64,000 nt of DNA from Marsupella aquatica (taxonomy: Eukaryota > Plantae > Marchantiophyta): assembly GCA_973895155.1 (NCBI GenBank), contig OZ316892.1, positions 22,047,068 through 22,111,067 of the forward strand, written 5' to 3'. How positions within the stretch are numbered: the stretch's first letter is position 1; each line of letters begins with the position of its first letter. The notes under the pieces are model-generated. The model saw nothing but the letters and a program-made list of their open reading frames with translations, was not told the DNA's origin and searched no databases. The translations under genes and the position numbers were made by a program. This document shows, piece after piece, positions 26,801 to 37,472 of the stretch.

Positions 26801-27146
26801 CTCCATAAACTGGGATCTCGGCTGGACTAGCCGAGTCGGTCCCTTCCTTGGTGTCCATAGATTGTCCCCTTACCGGTCTATTCGGTTTTGAATTAGTGGT
26901 CGGCTCCCCTTCCTGCCTTGGCTCTAGATCGTGTCTGTCCATCTCATCCACCTCTTGCTCCTGAGAGTTAGGCCGCTGTGCTCTCTCGGCTTCTAATAGG
27001 GCCTCAATTTGTTCTGCCCTCGTAATCGGCTTGTATGCCGATCCCTTGGTATTTAATTCCTTGCCGATGATCGATGGCGTTGTGGACCCCGTCGGCTCTG
27101 CCACAACGCCTGCAGAAAATCCACTGTCCCTGCTACTGCTCCCCAC
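23880..27146 (-). CDS. pol: Pol: reverse transcriptase, RNase H, integrase
   Basis: RVCQDYRKLN, MDGYSGYNQI, FIDD, RNase H FVDVS...YSTTERE...TDH, integrase H..GHF...CDPC, WGIDYIG, SDRGTHF, NGLTER, RWLGPF. Confidence 0.96.
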   Translation of the reverse strand: MGSSSRDSGFSAGVVAEPTGSTTPSIIGKELNTKGSAYKPITRAEQIEALLEAERAQRPNSQEQEVDEMDRHDLEPRQEGEPTTNSKPNRPVRGQSMDTKEGTDSASPAEIPVYGGMRLERLEAELDPNLKKQINMIQARQYRKLDLGEGRELNLGRNLAPELEKEISDLLIEFQDVFAWSHQDLKGVDPTLGEHRIDLMLGAKSFRQPIRRMNPKYSLLVKTEIDKLVEAGFITPVLHSDWVSPIVIVPKKAGPDGKPKIRVCQDYRKLNEATLKDHFPLPFTDMVLDMVASHELYSFMDGYSGYNQIRIRQEDQIKTAFITEWGIYVFNRMSFGLCNAPAMFQRLMVNIFHDYLRKFMEIFIDDFAVFGKASKHAKYLRKTFMRCREVGLKLHPDKCFFAVTEGVLLGHKVSRKGIEIDKGKLAVWLDIMQPKNIKDVRSFLGCIGYYRRFIKDFAKLALPLTNMLKAGADFEPTPERVTAVVELKQMLVEAPVMIAPDWNKDFHVFVDVSGFCIGSILSQLDEKGRDHPIYFASRQLADAERNYSTTEREALGVIYSCKKFRHYLLGYKVIFHTDHESLKYLVNKPDLTGRVARWILLLQEFDYELRIKPGKLHANADFFSRITGKPATDCIDDRFPDEELFVVEIAGTWYPEILQFLSTSRLQPGLSREQAAVFVRKVRQYQCIKGILHKHGINGTIQRCLEKREVKRVLRAMHGEEAGGHFSPVTTSKKILNAGYWWPTLHKDVYQFIKQCDPCQRAGGPRASTRHPLHPILPLAPFEKWGIDYIGPLKPLTHPRRNKYIILATDYATKWVEARPTTKDDAITTARFMYEQIFTRYGAPLELVSDRGTHFLNDIISRLNEQYLVKHRPTTPYHPKANGLTERANGIIGKILNKTVAQNKLDWDDKLFAAVFAYNLAYKSTTGHTPFFLTFGQEALVPMQLEIPTFQVTIEERASAEESLKEREYRLEALEEARMISAERVEYRQNIMKQQYDKRLKVVSIHTGDLVLLYDSRYSRFLGKLYTRWLGPFRVTMMFPNGSVQLANITGEVYPVRIHYDRLKKYYMDEDEVVREDASQLSGELCDA

Positions 27147-30046
27147 TTAGCCGTTTCATCCAATTGGTCTACATCCTTTACTTCCTCCGGAATTGCAGCT
27201 AAAAAGGTGGATTCTATTGTAAAGCAGTCCTCGACCTCTTCGTCTTCTTCTTCCAAGTCACCTTCCATTGGTTCTTGCCATAATCCGCTGGGGGGTACCT
27301 CTGGTCCAAAGACACCTTCTTCGGTTAGGTTAGTGAGGCATTCTAACCAACGTACTTCATCGGCTGACTCCAGTCCACTATCGTACCCATCTACTTCCCT
27401 TATGCTTTTCCTACGGTCATCCTTAGTGTCCCAGGATACCGTGATAGAGGGGGTCCCGAAAGTGAACTGCTTTTTACCCCAATCTTCTATTACCTCGGCT
27501 AGGTACAGCCATGGCCTACCAATCAATAGCCGGAATGACGTAGGATTTACCGGCTTCATTACTACATAGTTAATGCTAAAGAAGATACCTCCTATCTCTG
27601 TCTTGATGCCGGTTAACACTCCCGTCGGAATGACCTGATATCCATTGGCCATGTTCAACACTCTTCCAGTCATCTCCGGTGTTAGACCCCACCCTTTTGC
27701 TGTTGAATCAATCATAATACATACCCCTGATCCTCCATCGATGGGTACCCGTAGTAATAATTCTCCTTGAATCATTAATGGTAATGCTGGGGCTCCTTGA
27801 TCTTCTTCTATCATTAGTACGTCGGATCTGGTTGCTACCTTGGGTAATCTCGGCTTGCCGAGAATAGCCTTCCTTAATTGCTTCCGGAAGTACGGACTAT
27901 TTTTCAATAGTTGACCTACTGTTGCCGAGACTCTAGATTCTAGTACATCTTTAGCCAGGTCATAGGGAACAATCGGCTTCTCTTCTGGTGGTGTTTCCGT
28001 CTTGGATTCGGCCAGTTTTGCCATGCTAGTCTCCACAGCTGTTGGGTCTTCCGAAGCAAACAATGCTTTTGCTCGTTTTACATCCTTGGCAATGGCTTCG
28101 GTATTCTCCAGGGTTTCTAATTCTCTTAGTTGTTCCTTAACACTAGCCGTAACAGAGGGGTAGAACAACTTAGGATGATCTCGATTGAAGTCGCTATCTT
28201 GTGAAGGATTGGTTTCACTGGTGGGCTCATGGCTTACCTGTATTGCCGGAGCCCTCCCTTCTCCTTCTGTTGATGTTGACGAAGAGTCGATCCTTTCCTC
28301 CGTAACCTTCCCTTTATTTTTGGCCAGCCCATCCCACCTTTCCTTCCTTCTGGTAGATCGAGTAGAGACCCGGTAGCAATCATGATCTAAATCCTCCTCT
28401 GAGAAGGTTGATAGGGCTTCGGCCTCATCATCAGATGGTATGAACTCTGCCTCGGCATCCTCTTGCCATCCTAGTTTGATGTGGTTGATTTGAACTCCTC
28501 CGGGGGTAGTACCTGGCGGTAAGATCTTGATCGGCAAAAGCTTATGATTTGCGGCCAGGCCTGCCAACCAAGTAGGACATTGCCCTAGCATATGACCTTC
28601 CTGTCGGCATCCCATACATAGCTGAGCTGGTTGTCCATCACCCTGTTTGCGTGCATTCAGGCATTCTCTAGCAAAATGGCCAGGTTGACCACAATTATAG
28701 CACGCCGCAAATCTTTGCACATTCGGCCTAGGAGGTACTGACGAGTTCTGAATAATCCGAGGATACATCTCTCCTGGATTGTTCCTTAATCCTGACCACA
28801 GAGATGCAGGTCTGTTGGATAGGTCTCGTGCTCCAGTCTCACTAATGCCGAAAACACTATCAGCGGCATCTCCCAAAAAGTACTCTACTTCTCCCTGACA
28901 TGGTCTGATCTCGGCCACATGCCGAACATGATTAGTATTAAGCTTAGGACACGCATCTTTATGGTGTCCGGTTTTATAACATAAGGCACACCATACAGAG
29001 CTATCCTCCTGTACTACCTTCTTCTTTGGTTTTACCTCTGCAATGATAGCCTTAAGTTGCTCGGTAAGGGCTACGATGTTATCTGGTGGCTTAGCCTCCA
29101 TCTTGACTTTCGTCTTCCCTCTCCTTCTGCCCTTCCTTTTCCTAGTTTTTTCTTCTTCAGAACTAGAAGATGACTCACTCTTGCTACTCCCACTATCCGA
29201 GCTTGACTTATCACTTCTAGACTTCTTGGAATGTTTCTTCTTCTTATCTTTTTTCTTATGGGGTGATCCCTCCTCTGATGAGGAACTCTCAGACTTAAGC
29301 TGTTTCTTCCGGCTTGTGATATCTGCATTAATGTATAATTGAATATCCTTAATTGCTTCGGCTAAAGTCTCCGGGTTCTCCTTCCTAATTGCAAAACTCA
29401 TCTTCTGTGGCAAAGCATTCACCAACCATTGAAGTTGCATACCTTCAGATGCATTGGTCTTTGTACGTCTTACCAGTTTCTGAAAGCGTTGCAAGAACTT
29501 CCTGAAGGATTTGTTCTCCTTGAACCGAAGTTGTCCCAACTTCAACACTGCCAGTTCTGAAGTTCCAATGGGTCGAAACTCCTTAACAAAGAGTGTTTTG
29601 AAGATATCCTAGATGGCTTGATCTTCCACATCTAATGCTCTGTACCAAGGCCTAGCCTCACCCTTGAACAGGCCGGGAAGAATCTGCATCTTGATGGCCG
29701 ATTCTCCATTTGCTGCAGCGGTTCCCTCGAAATCATCCAACCATTCGTCCGGATCCTCATCTCCTCTCCCATGAAATGCCTTGTAATGTATGCGCGACCG
29801 TTGGCTCAATCTGGTCCCTGGCCTCTCGTCTGGCCGTGCCTCTGGTTCCCCCATGTCGGTTGGAGACTCACTTCTCCTTACCGACTCTTCTTCTGGTATG
29901 TCTTCTTCGACGCCACTTCCAGTTTCGGAGCTACCAGCTCTTTCTGCCCCTCTCAGTCGCTGTGTATCATGCCACCCGGCGAGCTGCTGCAGTCGAGCTC
30001 TCTCCCGTTGAATCACTCTTTCTTCCCTCGGCGTAAGGTCAGTCAT
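27053..30046 (-). pseudogene. gag: Gag-protease with one in-frame TAG at 29609-29611
   Basis: FHGRGDEDPDEWL...GEARPWY capsid motif, three CCHC-type knuckles, protease IDGGSG...LLIGRPWL. ORFs 29609-30046 and 27053-29548 are in the same frame. Confidence 0.9.
27063..27122 (-). promoter_or_regulatory. Putative -1 ribosomal frameshift signal (G GAU UUU plus pseudoknot)
   Basis: Slippery heptamer at 27116-27122, 5-nt spacer, perfect 10-bp stem (27101-27110 with 27076-27085), possible second stem. It sits in the gag-PR/pol overlap and pol is in the -1 frame. Confidence 0.75.
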
Positions 30047-30092
30047 TACCTACGCTTCCGTTCTAACTTCATATCTCACGGCTTAAGAAATG

Positions 30093-30112
30093 CCCCCTCC
30101 ATCTAGCGCCAA
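30093..30112 (-). promoter_or_regulatory. Primer-binding site, tRNA-Asn-like
   Basis: TGGCGCTAGATGGAGGGG just after the 5' LTR is complementary, with one mismatch, to the plant tRNA-Asn 3' end CCCCUCCUUCUAGCGCCA (recalled from memory). Confidence 0.7.
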
Positions 30113-30115
30113 AAA

Positions 30116-33100
30116 TGTGGTGCGTCCCATGGCTCCCTAAACCCAAGAAACCCCCCAGCTCAAGCCGATTCCCGCAGGTCTCGTGCTTGGCGAGGCCGTT
30201 TCCGCGGCTTAGCGGCATGGGACGCTGCTAACCTTCTACTACTACTATTAACATTTTACACACATATACTGGACAGATCCTTCATCGGGTCATGAGATAC
30301 GTAGCCGGCCTAATATAGGCCTTCCCCTGTCTTCCCCTCCGTCTTGTTAGGTATGTTTGGATTCCGCCGCCGGAATGATCCCCAATAGGCTTGGTTAAGC
30401 CGCTAAGACCTCTCTCAGCTCGACACATCCAACTCTCACTCCCCTGCTTACTTTCCTTCCTTCTGTTGATGTGGGCACTCTTCACACAAGTTAATGCGAC
30501 ACACAAATAGCAAAATGACTCATTCTGACTGAGTCATACCATGCACTTGCCATACAAACAGTACATCTCATACACAAGTTTTGCGAACTAAGCCGTGAGG
30601 CCAACTCTATTCAGCTCTTAGGCATGAGGAAACATGAATATACACAAGGGTCACTGTATGACTAACCGAGAGCTTCTCGTACTACTTGATCCCAGCCCGG
30701 CTGGTGCAAACTAAAAACTTGCTAAAGAAGAGGCCCTGAGCTCCCCGCTGCCCAGGTACTTATCCTGGTAGTGGATCCGCCATTCTTTGCATCGTAAGCC
30801 TAATCTACTTAACAGTAATCTACTTGCCCGAATCTACCTATGTACAGCAAGGCAGGAGCACAAGTGTTGCTCCTACCAGTGGGACCGCAATCCCACTAAG
30901 CTAAGTGTCAGGGCCGCTCCTGGTTCTGATCCTAATCCTAAACGTGGAGATCCGTGCCCGCCCTGCCCACTCACGCCTCCTCCCTCCACGTCCGCCTTCC
31001 CTAAAAGGAACGGCGCCCTTGCACCGTCACGACACCGGTGGTGGATCCTCAATGGACGCCCCCAACACTTCCTCCTCAGCCATTGCCGTTGGCCCGCCTA
31101 CTGACAGATTACCTGCCCTTGACCGAGTCAACTCTCCATCGGCCTGACTGGGTCCACCTTCGGCTTCAGCCTCGACACCGGCCTCGGCAATACCCACGGC
31201 TTCGGCCTCAGCCACTCCCACGGCTTCGGCTTCAGCCACTCCCTCGGCTTCGGCCTCCCCTTCCCCTAGGGTAGTTGGATCCTTAGCCGTGACCCTGTCT
31301 GGGGTCGGTGCTGGGTCTACCTCCTTGATCACCACGGCCTGTGAAGTCGTATTACTCCTTGACCCTGGAGGTTTCCACTTCTTCTTCGTTGGTGGCTCGG
31401 CAGCTGGTCCCTTCCCCTTCCCACTTACTTCCGGCACTGGTGCAGTTGACGCGGCTTGTCCTTCGGCAATTACCACCCCTGGTAACTGGTTTGTCCCAAC
31501 GGGAGATGGACCTGCTGCAGCTAAGCATTTAAATACTGCGGCTTGTTTCTTCAGCCGCTCTGTTTGGTTGTCGGCCCGCCGCTGTAGGTTCTCCATCTTC
31601 CTCGTGATTTCCTCCAACTCCTCTTGGGTTTCATCCAGGTCCTTACGTGCCCCCTCCAGCTCGTTTTTGGCCTCCTCCTGCTCCCTGTGGGCTTCCTCCA
31701 ATTCCTTCTTCAAGGTAGCCCTCTCCTCCTGGGTTGCTCTTAGCTCCTTGTCGAGCTCTGCAATGATGACAGACTCCATCTGGTTCATCTTGGCGTAAGT
31801 CTGTTCGAGCATCTCGTCCTTCTCCCTTAGGTCGGCCTTGAAGCTGGCCGTCAGGGACGCAAGCTCCTGCTGCAGCGCCATAATCCCTTGATAGGATTTC
31901 CCTAACTCGACCTCCTTCTGCTCAAGGGCTCCGCGGATTTTCTCGAGCTCCCCTTTCAACGCCCATTCCTTTCTTTGGGTCTCCGCCATGGCCCGACTGT
32001 TGGCTGTTATGTGGGCCTCCTCTGTATTCTTCAGCTCTTGCTTCCACTTCTCCCTCTCTTTGATCGTGTCGGCCAACTCTTCCTGCGTCTGAGTCAGTTT
32101 ATCCTTGATATTTTGATTATCAGCCTGCGCGGCGTCCAACTGCCCCTGCATGATGTTCAGCTCATGTCGTTTAATCCGCAGTTCATCTTGGGCTTTCTTG
32201 GCCGCCCTTAGATCTTCAATCTCGGCTCCCATCCTCCTAAGCCGCCGAATGACCTCGTCCTTCTTGCTTCTCTCTAAAGCCACCGCTTCTTCTAATTGGT
32301 GCTTCTCCAACTGCTCCCTATGGAAAAAGGGTCCTATCTCCAACTCCTCTCCAAAGATGCCGAGCGCAAGTTCCCCACACATCTCACCATACTCCATGGC
32401 TCTATTCTTAGCGTAGGTGGAGTAAGTAGAAGTGATCGGCATCGCCCATCGTGGCCTCTGCTCCCAAGCCGTCCTGCGGATCTCTTCAATCGTGGCTAGA
32501 GGTTTGCTTCCTTTTTCGGCTAGCCGCCTGATGTCCTCCGGCCAATCTCCTCCTGGTAAATCCTTTTCCTTAGCCAGGGCGGGCTCTTCCTCCTGCTTGA
32601 TTCGCTCCTGAAATTCCTGCACCGTCTGTTTTATGCCGTCGAAGCTCGGGGGAGCAACATCTGGTGGGGGAGACTCAGGGCTACTCTGCTGGTTGGGGTC
32701 CCCTCGCACTACCCTTGGAAGTGTGGGGACAAACCGGCCACAGGTCCTTACTCCTGGAACGTGATGGTCCGACCCATAGCCGGAATTATCATGGCTGCAG
32801 TCCTCCACTGCCTCCTCTACTTCTTGGACGTCCGGCTTCTCCCTCTCCTCTTCGTCGGTAGGAGCTTCAGGCAATTCTGCCTCAGATTCGGAGCTTGAGG
32901 TTCCCATGTACATTCGAACACCTGGCTTGGATTCCGGCCTGATTCTCTCCTTATCTCCAGCAAAGGGGTTTTCTCTTGTGAGCCGGTGTAGGCCTACCTC
33001 TGTAGTAGTGTCCTGCATTGTTGCCGTTGCCGTTGTTGTTGTTGTTGCCGATGCCGATTTCTTTTCTTTCTCCAGTAGTTTCAGCAGACTCTACATGCCT

Positions 33101-34771
33101 GGTTGCTGCATCGGCAAGTCTTCCTTCCTGGGCCTAAACACCTGCTCGATCGTAGGACTAACAGGTGGTGGAGGCTTCTCAGCCAACGGCCTCGGTGTTG
33201 GAGCTTCCTCGGGTGCCCTTACCTGCAGGGGAAGTACCGGGGCAAAAGTCTGACCTCTGGCATACCGGCACAACAGCGGCATGTGATAGCCAAGCCGCGA
33301 CACGCTCCCCATGCCGATTACCTGCTGCTCCTCCTTTAAGATCTTCTTCAATTGGTTGAGGAGGTACCCGTTGTAGTCCCGGCTTGGGTCTGGCCTTTCT
33401 GCCAGATAGACCTGTGCCTTGCCGATCTCTGCCCTCGGCAAGTTACAATGCATGGTCACCCGCAAGAAGTCGATCATCTCTCCTATGTGCGGGTTGGTGC
33501 AGGTGTTCCGGAAGAAGCCATTCTTCGTTGATGGCCCGGGGAACGACCGGAACTCCTTGTCAGGCAAGGTCTTCCTGGTATCAACTTTGGTCTTATTGCC
33601 CATCGGCAAGCCAAACACTTCGGCAATTACCTTGGGAGTAAGATAGAAATCCTTCCCATATATCCTCGTGCAATTGATCTCGGGTTCCCATGACCCCACG
33701 AATTCTAATAGGTCTGACTCCGGTACCTCCGGCTTCAGCCATGGTAATCTTACAAAGGCCTCCAAGCCGGATCCGGCCATGAAGCCTTGGTACTTCTTGG
33801 TCTGCATGGCCGTAAAGCATGCATCCTCCTCCCGTGCAAAATGTAGTTGCACCTCCACCGGTAGGGTTGCCGCCCAGCCCTTCCAGGTGTCATCCCTGGT
33901 TGGAATGGCCTTGATGGGATCGACCTCCTCCTCTTCGGCTTCTCCCTGCCTCCTGCTCTGCTGCTCGGCTGGCTTCTTTGGTGCCGCCGACCTCGTTCTT
34001 TTTGCCGGGGTGGCTTCATCGTTGACGGCTCCCTTCCTCTTCATCTCTGCTGCCGTGGAGGTTTCTCCTAGCACCGTTGCCTGGGTCCACCTTTCCATGC
34101 TACCCTTTAATTCCCAGTGTATGTCGTTGCAGTTCTTGATGGCCTCTCGGATGCCGACGACGCTGTCTTTGCAAAACAGAAGATCGTCGAGTTGATTGGA
34201 AGTAGGCGTCCACAGGAACTCGTCCTTGATGAGTTCGCCTCCTAAGAAAGCCGTCTTGTGCAGCTCCCACAATCGAGCGAGCTCCTGCCGTTCTCGAGCT
34301 GCCCTTTCTGACTCCTCGTCCTCGTAAGTCTTGATGTACTCAGTTGCCCGTTCGAACAGGCATCCCCAGAAATGTGCCGCTTGATTGACGTTGCTCATAC
34401 CCTCCTTAGGTCGATCGTCGGTATCTACTCTCTCCCCGAGTGCTTGCCTAAGCAGCTGACAGTAGTTGGCCTCCCGTAGTCGTCTGCCTAGTTCGTGCTC
34501 GCAAATGAGCCACCATCTCCTGCAAGCGCTCCTTACCCCTCTCCTCTGCCGGTCCTTCTTCCCGTTGATCCTTCCTAGCCGCCGACGCTTAACGCACCCT
34601 AACCCTAATCGGGTTTTCACCCTTAGCCTTACCTCCGGCCTCTGCCCGGGTTCCATGGTTGCCCCTAATTGTTTATATTTTCCTTGTTTTGTCACTATAC
34701 TAAGGTGTTCCTAGGGTGCCTTCCTGCTTTACCCACTTAACCGGCCGAGTGATTCCTGTCTAGGCATCACA
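30116..34771 (-). repeat. 5' LTR of family A (4656 bp)
   Basis: Direct repeat of 19236-23891, followed by the PBS on the minus strand. Confidence 0.95.
31027..34695 (-). pseudogene. Second copy of the LTR-encoded ORF, with a CAG>TAG nonsense change at ~33093
   Basis: Split into 534-aa and 663-aa ORFs otherwise nearly identical to 20147-23815. Confidence 0.9.
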
Positions 34772-35052
34772 ACAGGTCTCGTCATTCCTTTTGCTTTCTG
34801 AAAACACAATCACATTCAAAACAATTGGAATATTAATGAAAACTCATAATGTCATTGTTTATTCCTATACTAGATAAACACTTCAATTCAAATGAAAATC
34901 TAGACCTGCAGTGAGATGGACCATCTGAAGATTCTTACCAATCTTTTTTTTGCTCCAGTAGCCCCTCCTCTTCCAAAATGCTCTTTGTTCACCACTTCTG
35001 CTCTCCTTGCTTTCATCACAGCACTCCTTGCAAGCAAAGCAGGACTATCAAA

Positions 35053-37056
35053 CACTAGTAAATTTTACCTCCTTTTTCCGATTCTCTCCACATCGGACGT
35101 CTTTGTAAAACAAAATATGAAAAAGTTACCATACATCCGATTCTGCCGGCATCATAACATGCCATGATAAAAGTATTGGATATCGATAATCGGACTTATA
35201 TCGGAAAGTCCGATGCTGAAAGAATGGGAAAGTCCGATGCTAAGAGAATGGGAAAGTCCGATGTTGGGAGAATGGGAAAGTCCGATGTTGGGAGAATGGG
35301 AAAGTCCGATGCTGGGAGAATGGGAAAGTTTAAAACAATGAAAATGGGATACACATTGGAGCGGACGCGGGGTGCTCAGGTCACCCATCTCTAAGTCCTT
35401 TGTATATTTACTTTCATTTTGCAACCACGAGCGAGGTGCCCACCTCCTTTGACATTTCAACTCTTCATTCCTCAACTAAGTGGTCACCCATCCCAATTGC
35501 TATTCCTCCAACATGAGCTTAACTTTCTAGTTCTTATCCCTCACAATGTACATGCAAGTTTAACACTTTTATTGTTTGACTTGGAGTGTTTAGGGATTTT
35601 ATACACTTCTAAATTTATTAAGACCCATAATTTGGACCTAAGCTGGGCAGAGTCGGGAGAGGCCGACAGGCAACATGCAACAATGCAGCCCTGGCCAAGC
35701 TAGAGGCAGCCAGGGTCAACGACAACACAGCCCGGGCCGGGGAAATGAGGATGCAACGATAGTGGCAAGGGTGGAGCAAAGACGCAGCCAGTGCGCCTCA
35801 ACTATGGTGACAGAGAAATGGAGGGGAGGAGAAATGGATTAGCCAACCCACCCCTCCGCAAACTATACTGAGGGTTCAAAATGTAACCGTGGGGGAAGCG
35901 ACGACCGTCCAATGGGAAGACCAAAAGAAATCTCAAACGTTGGATCTTAGGTAGTTAACTTGAGTTACTTTTCTTAACCGATGACTCAAACGAGTGGTAG
36001 ACTGATAAATACAAGAAAAAGAGTGGCAATGTAGTGATTATGCCACAAAAGTGTGGCATTAGACTAATAAATCCCAGTTTTGCTCTATCATGATATTGCA
36101 TGTTTGCATCGAGTGATCTATAATTATGATTACCCTCTTACATTCCCTTGGAGCAATCAATAGAAATTTGGGGTCATTCGTGAATAGTAAAGCCCTCCTC
36201 CATCCAACTTGACATGAGATCATTATAGTTTATTAGTTATGGAAGATTAATATTTTGGTCCTTCCAAAGCCTTGGCGTCAAGGGTAGCTCCCGATTGTCT
36301 CATCTTTCATCAACTATGTTGTTGTTGGACTTGCAGCAAAGACTACATGGGACAAGCAATCTCCTTTAAGATGATAAATTTTTGATTTTGCATGTTGAGC
36401 AAATATTGCCAAAAGGGAACAATATTTTGGGGTCTTGGAAGGAGGCAAGAACAACATTCAATTAAGTCCATTTGCCTCAAGTATGAAGTCATTCAAACAT
36501 GCAAGAATGATTGTATCCTCTTTTCTAGGAAGAGTTTTCGGTGCAACTACATGCCCCATCTAACACAATAGGAATTTGTCGTTTTGCCAAAATAAAAATT
36601 TCCCATTCTCCTAGGTCGGACTTTCCCATTCTACTAGCATCGGACTTTCCCATTCTCCCAGCATCGGACTTTCCCATTCTCTCGGCATCGGACTTTCCCA
36701 TTCTCTCAACATCGGACTTTGCCATTTTACCACAATCGGATATAATATCCGTTCTTATCAACTACAGAACTTTTCCGATCAATATTGAAACGCACATCAT
36801 TTCCGTTACAAAAAACATCGGACATATCAATCAAATTTTTTGTTAGGGGATCCGATGTAGTTTGTAACGGATATGATCCATTTTTTACCGCATCGGAAAG
36901 GTTCCGTTGTTAATTACATCGGAAATGAAGATATCTGAAGCCGAGAGTATGGCATATTGCCATTTTGTGATAATGGGAATTTCCGATTCTAAAAGAATCG
37001 GACGCCGATTGTTTGCAAAAATTGAGCATCAGAAATCAGCTAAATATGTACTAGTG
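35053..37056. mobile_element. Non-autonomous CACTA element, 2.0 kb
   Basis: CACTAGTA...TACTAGTG ends, TSD AAA, inverted arrays of 21-bp GGGAAAGTCCGATG repeats (~35200-35330 and ~36600-36730), decayed TnpD remnant at ~36280-36530 resembling 12810-13040. Confidence 0.88.
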
Positions 37057-37175
37057 AAAATGATCCACCAGTCGTGCCCATTTCAATAGGTCAACATATT
37101 GAGGTCCTGGTTTGGAGCGATCATGTTTACATACATCCTTCCAATAAGTATTTAGTTTGTGACGTTCTCTTTTCA

Positions 37176-37472
37176 CTCGAGGGTCTCACTATATGGGGAC
37201 CTCCCCATCGCCTACAATGTTTTTAGGCCTCGGACCCCCTAAAATGTAAGATTTATTTTTTATTTTTTAACCCCTATAAAGTTGGAATATTCTTGGAATA
37301 TTCTAAAAATTGGATTAAAAAGACCCTAATGTTTTTATAAGTCTCAAAATTGAATTTAAAAGACCCTATTGTTCTTCTACAAAAATTCTTAAGTCTTCCC
37401 TTAGAACCAATAAAATGACCCTATCCTTCGTCGCACGTGATATGCCATTTTTGTGGAAGTGAAACCCCTGAG
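37176..37472. mobile_element. 297-bp MITE with 8-bp TSD
   Basis: TCTTTTCA at 37168-37175 and 37473-37480. Imperfect TIR CTCGAGGGTCTCACT / CTCAGGGGTTTCACT. Removing it restores the TnpA frame. Confidence 0.85.

Larger units (their letters stand above)
19236..34771 (-). mobile_element. Full-length Ty3/gypsy non-chromovirus LTR retrotransposon (family A), 15.5 kb
   Basis: Two 4656-bp direct repeats offset by 10880, TG...CA ends, TSD ACAGG (19231-19235 / 34772-34776), gag-PR-RT-RH-IN order. Confidence 0.97.

Noticed and set aside
19236-34771. Segmental duplication or assembly error as the cause of the 4.66-kb repeat
   Set aside because: TG...CA ends, TSD, PBS, PPT, copy-specific SNPs and an independent solo copy with the same boundaries all support true LTRs.
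35593-36075. Possible Mutator-like MITE (GGGATTT...AAATCCC)
   Set aside because: The terminal match is short and the flanks give no convincing TSD.
35164-36846. ORFs with MGKSDA repeats
   Set aside because: They arise from the 21-bp subterminal repeats of the non-autonomous CACTA.
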